NCBI GenBank assembly: GCA_022448765.1
Contig: JAKUTI010000001.1
Coordinates: 1 to 41,317 of the forward strand
Length of the DNA stretch: 41,317 bases
Origin: Pseudomonadales bacterium
GTDB lineage: Bacteria > Pseudomonadota > Gammaproteobacteria > Pseudomonadales > Azotimanducaceae
Direction of reading: 5' to 3'
Shown: positions 23,231-32,053 of the stretch, one piece after another
Layout: every line of letters starts with the position of its first letter
Numbering within the stretch: the first letter of the stretch is position 1
Notes under the pieces: model-generated
What the model saw: only the letters and a program-made list of their open reading frames with translations
What the model was told of the DNA's origin: nothing
Database searches by the model: none
Made by a program: the position numbers and the translations under genes

Positions 23231-25058
23231 GGTTCAACCCCTCGAGATCGTTGCGAATCGACTCGTCGAGGGCACCCTGAATTTCGCATAGACGGCGATA
23301 CGGACCTTGCTCTTCGGCAAGTTGTTGATGGGATCCCTGCTGGACGATGCAGCCGTCGTCCATGACAAGGATACGATCGGCGTTTCGCACCGTGGTCAGC
23401 CGATGAGCAACGATGAGCGTCGTCCGCCGGCCACGACGCTGTTCCAGTGCCGTTAAGATGCGGTGCTCGGTATCCGTATCGACAGCGGATAGTGAATCAT
23501 CGAGTACGAGTATGGGTGGATCTTTGAGTAGGGCTCGCGCCAAGGCGACGCGTTGTCGCTGACCACCCGATAGCGTTACGCCGCGTTCGCCGACCATGGT
23601 GTCGTAGCCGTTGGGAAAGTTGGATATCGATTCGTGCAACGACGCGTCTTGCGCGGCTTGCAGTAAATCCTCATACGGCGCAGCGGGCCGTCCGACGCGG
23701 AGGTTTGAATCAATCGTCTGGGCATAGAGGAATGGATCTTGGAGTACCACCCCGATTTGGGCGCGAATCCAGTCGCGGTCCGTCTCGTTTATCTCTAAAT
23801 CGTCGATCTCTACTTGTCCTTTTTGGTAGGGATAGAAACGTAGCAGCACACGGATAAACGTCGTCTTGCCGCATCCGGGCGGGCCCACCAGGGCGACCGT
23901 TTCGCCAGGAGCGACCGATAACGACATGTTCCGAAGAATGTCCTGTCCGTTGGGATAACTAAAATCTAGGTTCCTAACGGTAATAGCGCCGCGCCCTCGT
24001 CCTGTCGCGGGTGTTGGCTCGACACTTTCCTCGGGCGATTTAAGAATATGGTCAACGCGTCCGAGTGCCACAATAGCTTTGCCAGAGTCCGTAAGGACGC
24101 GCCCGAGGTGGCGAATCGGCCAAATGACCATCGAGACTTGGCTGATAAAGACGAACAGTTCACCGACGGTTAGTGAACCTTCGACGAGGAAGACGCCACC
24201 GGCGATCAGTACAATCCCAATCTGGCAAGTCGCAATAAAGTCGCTGGCACACCAGTAGATGGCCATGACCTTATTTAACCGGTAGTAGTTGTCGCGGAAT
24301 GCTCTATTGCGTTCGCCAAATCGATCGCGTTCGAAGTCATGGCGAGCAAAAGCCCGGACGACTCGGATACCGGTGAGATTTTCTTTTAGCACCGCTGTTA
24401 AAACGCCTTCCGATGCATCGGTGATTTCAAACAGCGTCTTGATTCGACTGAAGAACACGAAGGCACCCACACCCAGCAAGGGCATGAGACATATCGACAA
24501 CCATGCGAGTCGGTAATCACGCCAAAAGAGGATGGGCAACATGGCAAATAAGAGCAGCACGGCCCGACCGATTTCGACGACGTGGGCTTGGAGAAAGACG
24601 CGGATGGTTTCAACGTCTGAAGTGCAGCGCTGGACTAAATCGCCACTGTCGGCGGCGTCAAAAAAATCTGCCGGCAGTCGGTGGAGGTGTCCGAAAAGTT
24701 CATCCCGCAGTCGTTGTGCCAAGGCTTCAGAAGCGATCGCCGCCCAGCGGCTTTTGAGAAAACTAAATACCCCTGCGAGGAGGGTTAGGACGACTCCGGC
24801 AGCAGCCGACAGCCATAGATACCATGCAAACGAGTCTGATCCACTCAGCTCGCGGGTGAGCGAAACGAGGACATTGGTACCGAGGCTGAAATCCCGATAG
24901 ACGACGACATCAAGCGCATACATGCCGACCAACGGGGCAGCAATGGCGAAGACACTCGTCAGTCCCATAGCGACTAGAGCGAAGGAGTAGCGAGTGCGTT
25001 GTCCTTGGGTAATGACCCAGAGGCTATTGTGCCTGGTCTTACTCACGGTGTTATTCAC
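23223..25058 (-). CDS. ABC exporter, fused TMD-NBD half-transporter (degenerate-site subunit)
   Basis: Walker A GPPGCGKTT, canonical signature LSGGQRQR, Walker B ILVLDDSLSAVD (Asp in place of the catalytic Glu), H-loop IVAHRL. 8-nt overlap with the downstream ABC gene. Confidence 0.9.
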   Translation of the reverse strand: MNNTVSKTRHNSLWVITQGQRTRYSFALVAMGLTSVFAIAAPLVGMYALDVVVYRDFSLGTNVLVSLTRELSGSDSFAWYLWLSAAAGVVLTLLAGVFSFLKSRWAAIASEALAQRLRDELFGHLHRLPADFFDAADSGDLVQRCTSDVETIRVFLQAHVVEIGRAVLLLFAMLPILFWRDYRLAWLSICLMPLLGVGAFVFFSRIKTLFEITDASEGVLTAVLKENLTGIRVVRAFARHDFERDRFGERNRAFRDNYYRLNKVMAIYWCASDFIATCQIGIVLIAGGVFLVEGSLTVGELFVFISQVSMVIWPIRHLGRVLTDSGKAIVALGRVDHILKSPEESVEPTPATGRGRGAITVRNLDFSYPNGQDILRNMSLSVAPGETVALVGPPGCGKTTFIRVLLRFYPYQKGQVEIDDLEINETDRDWIRAQIGVVLQDPFLYAQTIDSNLRVGRPAAPYEDLLQAAQDASLHESISNFPNGYDTMVGERGVTLSGGQRQRVALARALLKDPPILVLDDSLSAVDTDTEHRILTALEQRRGRRTTLIVAHRLTTVRNADRILVMDDGCIVQQGSHQQLAEEQGPYRRLCEIQGALDESIRNDLEGLNRG

Positions 25059-25105
25059 GCTATCCTGATATCCGTCCTGGAGTATTCCCGGTTACTTCAG
25101 AAATT

Positions 25106-26215
25106 CTAAGAACCGGCGTCGACGTATTCGGTTTCGACTATCTTGAAGCTCAGCGGCGACGACTGTTCCAATGCGGCCATTGTCTCATCTGAAAGGCGGA
25201 GATGCGTGGCATCCGCTCTCACTTGATTCCAGGTTGGATCCACCGCCATCCACCAACCGTCAATAGCAATTTCGTTCCACGCGTGTTTAGCGAAAACGCG
25301 GTTGTTCGCGTCGTAGGCTAGACCCACGACGGTTCGAGCAGGAAGATTAGAGGCACGGGCCAGCGTGGTAAAAAGTTCGGCAAATTCGGAACAATCTCCG
25401 CTTCGTCGTTCGATCGTGTCCAAGACGCTCCGAACGTCTTCAAGGTCTTCGTAGACGAGATAGTTGTGAACGAAGCGTGTCAAAGCCTCCATTTGTTTGA
25501 GCGGTGTTGTGGTCGTTTGAGTTGCAGCGTTGGCCAGGTTCTTGATCGATTGGTGCGAAACGGGGTGTCTCAGCGTTTCTCGCAGATAAGTCGTTGGTGT
25601 GATGGGGTCGACTTTAGCGTGTGACACGCTCTCTCCGACGAGCAAGATCCCGCCGCCCCGGAGCGATACGCCAGATGGTTGTAATACCAGCCGAGATAGT
25701 TTTGAGGGGTTGCGAAGTGGTTCCGGGAGGGCAATCGAAAACTCTGGCTGTCTTGGAAAGCTAGCCCGTCGACGCCAACCCGATAGCACCTCTTCACTGG
25801 TCACACGTTCGAGAAAAAAATGTTGGTCCTTCATCGTTTTGGCAGTCAATGCATGATCGAGTTGAATTTCCGTGAAACCGAGCTCGTTGACTGAACGAAC
25901 GACGTATCCCTCAGCATTCTTATCGAATACGGACCAGGTTTTGGTACCAATATCCAATCTTTCGAAATCGATGTGCTTGGCCTCATGCGACTGCTCTGGT
26001 TGCGGTGCGTCGTTCATTAACCACATCTCAATATTGAGGTAATCGGCCAATCCATATTCAGAGGACAGTGGTAGCTGTGTCCCGGTCGGAGCGACCGCAT
26101 AAAGCGTGCCGCGGTCTCTTAAAACGCTCGCTTCGAGGACTTCGTTGTCAGCTCGGCCGCGGCGTTGAGTATGGCGCGCTCGAATTAGCTGATACGGAGG
26201 TTCAGTCGCAAACAC
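25106..26215 (-). CDS. Transglutaminase-like (Cys-His-Asp) domain protein
   Basis: The C-terminal core carries RSGDCSEFAELF (Cys), AKHAWNEIAIDG (His) and WMAVDPTW (Asp). The annotated start is a GTG, and there is no signal peptide in this frame. Confidence 0.8.
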   Translation of the reverse strand: MFATEPPYQLIRARHTQRRGRADNEVLEASVLRDRGTLYAVAPTGTQLPLSSEYGLADYLNIEMWLMNDAPQPEQSHEAKHIDFERLDIGTKTWSVFDKNAEGYVVRSVNELGFTEIQLDHALTAKTMKDQHFFLERVTSEEVLSGWRRRASFPRQPEFSIALPEPLRNPSKLSRLVLQPSGVSLRGGGILLVGESVSHAKVDPITPTTYLRETLRHPVSHQSIKNLANAATQTTTTPLKQMEALTRFVHNYLVYEDLEDVRSVLDTIERRSGDCSEFAELFTTLARASNLPARTVVGLAYDANNRVFAKHAWNEIAIDGWWMAVDPTWNQVRADATHLRLSDETMAALEQSSPLSFKIVETEYVDAGS

Positions 26216-26226
26216 CCGGGTCTCGC

Positions 26227-26490
26227 TTATCCTGGTCTCGGAGGACTATCTAAACGGAACTGCATCTCGGTCGCGATCCGAATCGTGCGATCAACATGAA
26301 CCTCGGTTCGGTACTGTCCGACGGGTTGTTGGTTTAGCGATACGCGGTACCAATGCTCGCCCTCCATTTGATGGAGCATGTCCATGATCGACAGGCGTGT
26401 GTTGTGTTGATGAAGCCACGGGAGGGCCACCAAAATGAGTGTGGCTAGGCACACCAGGCCCCATCGAACTCTCGTTTGTGTGACGCTCAT
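26227..26490 (-). CDS. Small signal-anchor protein; probably the detached N-terminus of the transglutaminase-like protein
   Basis: 87 aa with the hydrophobic anchor WGLVCLATLILVALPWL. It ends 11 nt upstream of the next ORF, in a different frame. The downstream frame is open back to a TAG at about 26248, so the two frames overlap. Confidence 0.5.
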   Translation of the reverse strand: MSVTQTRVRWGLVCLATLILVALPWLHQHNTRLSIMDMLHQMEGEHWYRVSLNQQPVGQYRTEVHVDRTIRIATEMQFRLDSPPRPG

Positions 26491-26653
26491 CCCCTTTCGG
26501 CCGTTTACTGCGACATGCCTTGAAGTTTACGGGGTGGCATGTTGATTTGCCTGCCCACAATCGAGGGCTGGCACCATGGGGCCGCAAGAACTATGTTCTG
26601 CGATGCGGGTGAGTGTGTTAAGACCGTTGATTCTCGATGCAGTAAAATAAGCC

Positions 26654-28318
26654 ATGGCTGCTGACCTGCGTGACTTCATACGTAACCGTATACGTCGAGA
26701 CCTTGATGAAGGCACGCTCGAGCATGGCGTGGTGACGCGGTTTCCTCCCGAGCCGAACGGCCACCTGCATATTGGTCATGCTAAGTCGATCTGTCTCAAT
26801 TTTGGAGTTGCCGAGGAATTCGGTGGCAAGACCTACCTCCGATTTGACGACACCAATCCGAGCAAAGAGAGTCACGAATTCGTTGAGTCTATCCAGAAGG
26901 ACGTGAATTGGCTTGGATTTGATTGGGGTGAGAATCTGACATTCGCCTCGGACTACTTCGACCAACTCTTTGCGTTTGCGAAGCAACTGATTGTTGATGG
27001 CAAGGCGTTTGTATGCAGCCAATCCGCAGACGAGATGAGGCAAAGTCGAGGTACCCTAACCGAGCCCGGTACCGATAGTCCTTTTCGCGATCGAACGGTC
27101 GCGGAAAATGTTGAACTGTTTGAGCGAATGCGCGCGGGCGCATTCGATGATGGTGATCATGTGTTGCGCGCACGAATCGACATGGCCTCGCCCAACATCA
27201 ACCTGCGCGACCCGGTGCTATATCGAATCATGCACAAACATCACCATCGCACGGGCGATCGTTGGTGTATTTATCCCATGTATGACTTCACCCATTGCAT
27301 CTGTGACGCCCTTGAGGGCATTTCTCACTCGCTATGTACGCTGGAATTTGAAGATCATCGGCCGTTATACGATTGGGTCTCAGATAACATCAACATCGAT
27401 TTTCATCCCCCCCAGATTGAGTTTTCTCGGCTAGGTCTTGAATACAACGTGATGTCGAAGCGCGCTCTGGCACGTTTGGTTGGTGAAGGAAAAGTTGATG
27501 GATGGAGCGATCCTCGATTGCCGACGCTTGCAGGACTGCGTCGGCGAGGAGTGCCCGCCGGCGCTATTCGAGAATTTTGTCAGCGTATCGGGGTCACGAA
27601 ACAAGAAAACCTCGTGGAAGTGGAGTTACTCGAGTTTTGTATCCGCCAGGAGTTAGAAGGGCGTGCGCCTCGAGCGATGGCGGTGCTGGAACCGTTGCGC
27701 GTGTTGGTCACGAATTTTGTAGGTGAAGACGAGGTGCTCAACGCCCCGTGGCACCCTCAATATCCCGAAATGGGCACGCGAGAGTTGTTGTTTGGCCGCG
27801 AGCTTTTTATTGAGAGGTCGGACTTTAGTGACGACCCACCGAAAAAATTCAAACGGCTTTCGCCTGGAGCGATGATTCGGCTTCGTTATGCATACATCAT
27901 TCGCTGCGACGAGGTCGAAAGGAATGAGTCGGGAGATATACAAGCCATTCGAGCGACTTACTTTCCCGATTCGCGAAGTGGCAACGATAGCAGTGGCCTG
28001 AAACCGAAAGGCGTCATTCATTACGTTGCGGCCTCGAACGCGCTTAGAGTCGAGGTTAGATCCTTTGGCCACCTCTTCCGTACGCCGGATCCGAAAGACA
28101 TGGCCCAAGATTTTAATGCCGACTCGGTTACCTCGACCGACGGCGTTGTTGAGCGAGCGATCGTTGAAACGCCGGACCCCCACGTTCAGTTCGAACGTAC
28201 GGGTTATTTCTACCGTGAATCGTCGGGCAATGGATCATTGGATGGTCACGGTGTAGAAGACGCATTGGTTTTTAATCAAACGGTGTCGTTACGCGACAGT
28301 TGGAAACCAGGACCATGA
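26654..28318 (+). CDS. glnS: Glutamine--tRNA ligase
   Basis: HIGH motif [20 protein letters not shown] (E. coli GlnRS: [20 protein letters not shown]), KMSKS-type VMSKR, 554 aa. Confidence 0.95.
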   Translation: [554 protein letters not shown]

Positions 28319-28348
28319 ACGTTTGGAAAGGCGGTCGAATGAACGAAG

Positions 28349-29554
28349 ATGCGGCAGGCTGTAGTTAAGGTGACGGACGGGCCACTCACTCACTTGCGCG
28401 TACTCGAACTTGGCACCCTAATCGCTGGGCCGTTTTGCGGTCAATTGTTTGGCGATATGGGGGCCGACGTCATCAAGATTGAGCCACCGGGCGTCGGCGA
28501 TCCCATGCGTTCATGGGGCAGGGGACTCCCCGTTTGGTGGCCCGTGATCGCGCGAAACAAACGCTGCGTTACGCTGAATCTTCGAGTTGCCGCGGGACAG
28601 GATTTGCTCAAGCGATTGCTACAGGAGTCCGACGTTCTGATCGAGAATTTTCGTCCCGGTACGATGGAGAAGTGGGGCCTCGACTATGACGTCTTATCTG
28701 CTATTAACCCAGGGCTTGTCATGGTTCGTGTTTCGGGGTTTGGTCAATCCGGGCCATATTCATCCAGGGCAGGGTATGGATCCATCGGTGAAGCCATGGG
28801 AGGTATCCGCTATCTCGCCGGTGATCCGGATCGCCCGCCAAGTCGAGTCGGCTTATCGATTGGAGACTCCCTGGCCGCCACTTTTGCGTGCGTTGGTGCG
28901 CTCGCCGCATTGCACGAAAGAGATCGAACCGGCCGAGGTCAAGTGGTTGACTCGGCGATCTACGAAGCCGTGCTCGCCGTGATGGAATCAACGATCCCCG
29001 AATATACAGAAGGTGGCGAGATTCGAGAAAGGAGTGGCGCCATATTGCCGAAAACTGCGCCGTCCAATGTCTATCCCAGTGCCGACGGAGACTCCATCGT
29101 GATGGGGGCCAATCAAGATTCGGTGTTTACGCGCCTCGCCGAAGCAATGGGCGATCCGTTGTTGGCAGAACATCCCGATTACGCGGACCATGTCTCCCGT
29201 GGAGAACACCAAGAAGAGCTCGATGAACTGATTGCGCGTTGGACGATCACGCTTGATGCCGACACATTGCTCCAACGGCTGGAATCCCACGGCGTTCCTG
29301 CGGGTCGGATCTATCGTGCGCCCGAGATGCTTGCAGACCCCCATTTTCAAGCGCGTGAATCCATCGTCGACGTCGATCACCCGGCGTTCAAGAACCTAAA
29401 AATGCAGAACGTTTTCCCGAAACTTTCTCGATCGCAGGGAAAAATTAGATGGCCAGGTCCTAAACTTGGCGCTCACAATGAGGAGATTTACCGCGGTCTC
29501 CTGGGAATTTCTGAGGAGGTTTTGCAAGACTTTATCCACGATGGCGTCGTGTGA
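28349..29554 (+). CDS. Family III CoA-transferase (CaiB/BaiF/Frc type)
   Basis: N-terminal LRVLELGTLIAGPFCGQLFGDMGADVIKIEPP..GD..R block and about 400-aa length, both typical of the family. Confidence 0.85.
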   Translation: MRQAVVKVTDGPLTHLRVLELGTLIAGPFCGQLFGDMGADVIKIEPPGVGDPMRSWGRGLPVWWPVIARNKRCVTLNLRVAAGQDLLKRLLQESDVLIENFRPGTMEKWGLDYDVLSAINPGLVMVRVSGFGQSGPYSSRAGYGSIGEAMGGIRYLAGDPDRPPSRVGLSIGDSLAATFACVGALAALHERDRTGRGQVVDSAIYEAVLAVMESTIPEYTEGGEIRERSGAILPKTAPSNVYPSADGDSIVMGANQDSVFTRLAEAMGDPLLAEHPDYADHVSRGEHQEELDELIARWTITLDADTLLQRLESHGVPAGRIYRAPEMLADPHFQARESIVDVDHPAFKNLKMQNVFPKLSRSQGKIRWPGPKLGAHNEEIYRGLLGISEEVLQDFIHDGVV

Positions 29555-30474
29555 AAATACCGGGCCTGGCGGACGTCGCGGTAGCGTCCCAGCGTCTCCA
29601 CGGGCACATTCACCGAACACCCGTGATGACGTCAACGTCGTTAAACGAGACCGTCGGAGCGGAATTATTCTTTAAGTGTGAAAACTTCCAACGGACCGGA
29701 TCGTTCAAACTGCGCGGCGCGATGAACACGACCCTGCAGCTTTCAGACGACGTCCAAACGGTGGTGACACATTCTTCGGGCAATCACGGGGCGGCGCTGG
29801 CTCTGGCCGCGAGGAATTGCGAAAAAAAGGCCGTGGTCGTTGTACCAAAAGGCGCGAGGCCGGAGAAGCGACGAGCGATTGAGCGACTGGGGGCCGAGAT
29901 CGTTGACTGTGAGGAAGCTTTGGTGGACCGCGAAACTGTTCTGGCCCAGGTTATGGCGTCACAGCCTGACGCTGCGTTTGTTCCCCCTTATGACCACAGG
30001 GATATCATCGCTGGTCAAGGTACCGCCGCCTTCGAGTTGGTTGAAGAAGTAGGCGACCTCGAGCAATTGTGGGTGCCTGTTGGAGGCGGCGGTCTTGCGG
30101 CTGGAACAACGATTGTCGCCAATGGCCAACTGGACGTCGTCTGTGCTGAACCCGAGTTGGCAAGGGATGCGCACGATTCATTAACAACGGGGGAACTGCA
30201 ACCGGCGATGCCCCCTCGCACGGTAGCGGATGGGCTGCGGACGGCGCTTGGAAAGCTAAACTTCGAAATTCTCAGGCGGAGTAAGGTCGCGGTGGTTTTG
30301 GTAGACGACGAAGCGATTCTGACCGCGATGAGATTGATCTGGAATCGACTCAAGATTGTTGTGGAACCGTCAGCCGCTGTTTGCTTAGCCGCGATGCTAC
30401 TTGATACGAAGCGAGTCGCTGCGCGTGCCGGCGTCATTCTGAGCGGGGGTAATGTCTCGCCGCCTCACAACTAG
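29551..30474 (+). CDS. PLP-dependent threonine/serine dehydratase - serine racemase family enzyme
   Basis: PLP-lysine motif ENFQRTGSFKLRGA, HSSGNHGAALA and glycine loop VPVGGGGLAAG. The GTG start overlaps the upstream stop (GTGA). Confidence 0.85.
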   Translation: MKIPGLADVAVASQRLHGHIHRTPVMTSTSLNETVGAELFFKCENFQRTGSFKLRGAMNTTLQLSDDVQTVVTHSSGNHGAALALAARNCEKKAVVVVPKGARPEKRRAIERLGAEIVDCEEALVDRETVLAQVMASQPDAAFVPPYDHRDIIAGQGTAAFELVEEVGDLEQLWVPVGGGGLAAGTTIVANGQLDVVCAEPELARDAHDSLTTGELQPAMPPRTVADGLRTALGKLNFEILRRSKVAVVLVDDEAILTAMRLIWNRLKIVVEPSAAVCLAAMLLDTKRVAARAGVILSGGNVSPPHN

Positions 30475-30493
30475 CCAGCGGCGAGATGGGGCT

Positions 30494-31996
30494 TCAGGGG
30501 CTTTTTCGTGTGTTAACACCGTCAAGCGGGTAGATCGGCCGACGTACACGTTCAAAACGGATTTCCGAGTAGTCCGATGTGCACACCCCAAGGCCCGCGC
30601 ATTCGACGATTTCCCGTGCGATCTCGCGAAAGCCTACCCGGTAGTGGATGCGACTTTTGAGTAATAGAAACCGTCGTGTCGTCGGTTCGATGCCGACGCA
30701 GCGGAAACAGCCGGGGTCCACAGGCTCGAAGTGACGCGAAACGACCATGATGTCGACGGTTCCCGTTGACAACACGGCGGTCTTGCCCATGTCGGTCATC
30801 AACCCCCTCCCCATCGCAATAGTGGTGGGGAAACGACCGTCGGAAATCAACCGCACGTGGCCTTGTACTTCCACCGGTTGGCTAATTCTTGATAGCGCAG
30901 GCATGGGCAATTTGCCGCCCAACGATAGTGTCACGGTATTACCGACGCCCGCGTCGATCATGGCGTTGACTGCTTCTGGATCGTAAATCGCGCATACCGC
31001 CACGTCATCAAGTTTCTGACGCAAGACTTCCTTGAGTACGTCGGTGGTGTCCATGGTTCCACCCGATGCTGTGTTGTCGTAATGATCAAGTAAAACTACC
31101 GGTCCCTTGGCCTGCTGGGTGCTCCCGAGCTGCTTCGCTTTTGCGACCGAAAAATCTAGTGGCTCGACCGTATAGACGAACGCGGACCGTTCGTTCCAGG
31201 CGTTCTCCAACAACTCGTCGCGGAGTCGTTCAGCGAGTTCCATGTCGCCATCAGTCGCGACTACAACAGATAGGCCCGCTTCAGGAATATCGGCGTGTGG
31301 GAAGCCGGTGAAGAGACTAACCGCTAGCGCGCCTTCCTTTTCCATTTCCTGAGCTCTCAGCTGGAGTTCTCGATTTGGGAAATCGTCCGTTCCTTGGCGC
31401 ATGACGTGAGGCAGCATGGGGTTGTTTCCCCAAGTCAAGGTGGGACTCACCTGTTTTTCGACGGTGGCGATTAGGGTGCGCGCCGCACGCTCGGCGGTTT
31501 CAAACATGTCGACATGGGGGTAGGTGTGATAGCCGGTAACGATCGTCGCTAAATCGACCATGTCTGGAAAGATATTGGCGTGCATGTCCAGAGAAACCGC
31601 GATGGGGAGGTCGGGGGCGATGGCGCGGATCCTTCGCAATAGCTCGCCCTCGCCGTCATCGTGGCTACGAGTCACCATCGCGCCGTGTAGGTCCAGCATC
31701 AAGACGTCGCAGTGACTCACCGCCCCAAGTATTTGCGCTGCAATGTATTCGTACGCATCGTCCTCAACGGGACCGGAAGGTGCCGCACCCGCCGCGATTG
31801 GGATATGGATGTCGGAGTTGAGTTCTTCAGCAACGGCGAGGTAGCCCCCGATGCAACTCGCGGTATTTTGATAAACATTGATGGCATCTTCGCCATGAAG
31901 CGGATGCCTGCGGCCTCCCGAAAACCTTGCCAAGTCGGTAACGACGGGTGAGAAGGTATTGGTTTCATGGCTCATCTGAGCGATGACAATTCGCAT
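30494..31996 (-). CDS. M81-family metallopeptidase (MlrC / microcystinase C-like)
   Basis: N-terminus MRIVIAQMSHETNTFSP and about 500-aa length are typical of the MlrC family. Confidence 0.8.
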   Translation of the reverse strand: MRIVIAQMSHETNTFSPVVTDLARFSGGRRHPLHGEDAINVYQNTASCIGGYLAVAEELNSDIHIPIAAGAAPSGPVEDDAYEYIAAQILGAVSHCDVLMLDLHGAMVTRSHDDGEGELLRRIRAIAPDLPIAVSLDMHANIFPDMVDLATIVTGYHTYPHVDMFETAERAARTLIATVEKQVSPTLTWGNNPMLPHVMRQGTDDFPNRELQLRAQEMEKEGALAVSLFTGFPHADIPEAGLSVVVATDGDMELAERLRDELLENAWNERSAFVYTVEPLDFSVAKAKQLGSTQQAKGPVVLLDHYDNTASGGTMDTTDVLKEVLRQKLDDVAVCAIYDPEAVNAMIDAGVGNTVTLSLGGKLPMPALSRISQPVEVQGHVRLISDGRFPTTIAMGRGLMTDMGKTAVLSTGTVDIMVVSRHFEPVDPGCFRCVGIEPTTRRFLLLKSRIHYRVGFREIAREIVECAGLGVCTSDYSEIRFERVRRPIYPLDGVNTRKSP

Positions 31997-32053
31997 AGCG
32001 CCATCCCCGCTGCCGGATCAGGCGACAATTTACGCTATGGTAGGCTCGGCTGC

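Noticed and set aside
21317-26490. Lasso-peptide or bacteriocin-type maturation/export cluster (transglutaminase-fold protease plus ABC exporter)
   Set aside because: No asparagine-synthetase-like cyclase, no C39 peptidase domain on the ABC proteins and no plausible short precursor ORF are present. The transglutaminase-like protein is also much larger than lasso B proteins.
27653-28183. 176-aa antisense ORF inside glnS
   Set aside because: glnS is unambiguous (HIGH and KMSKS motifs), and the antisense product has low-complexity, basic composition.
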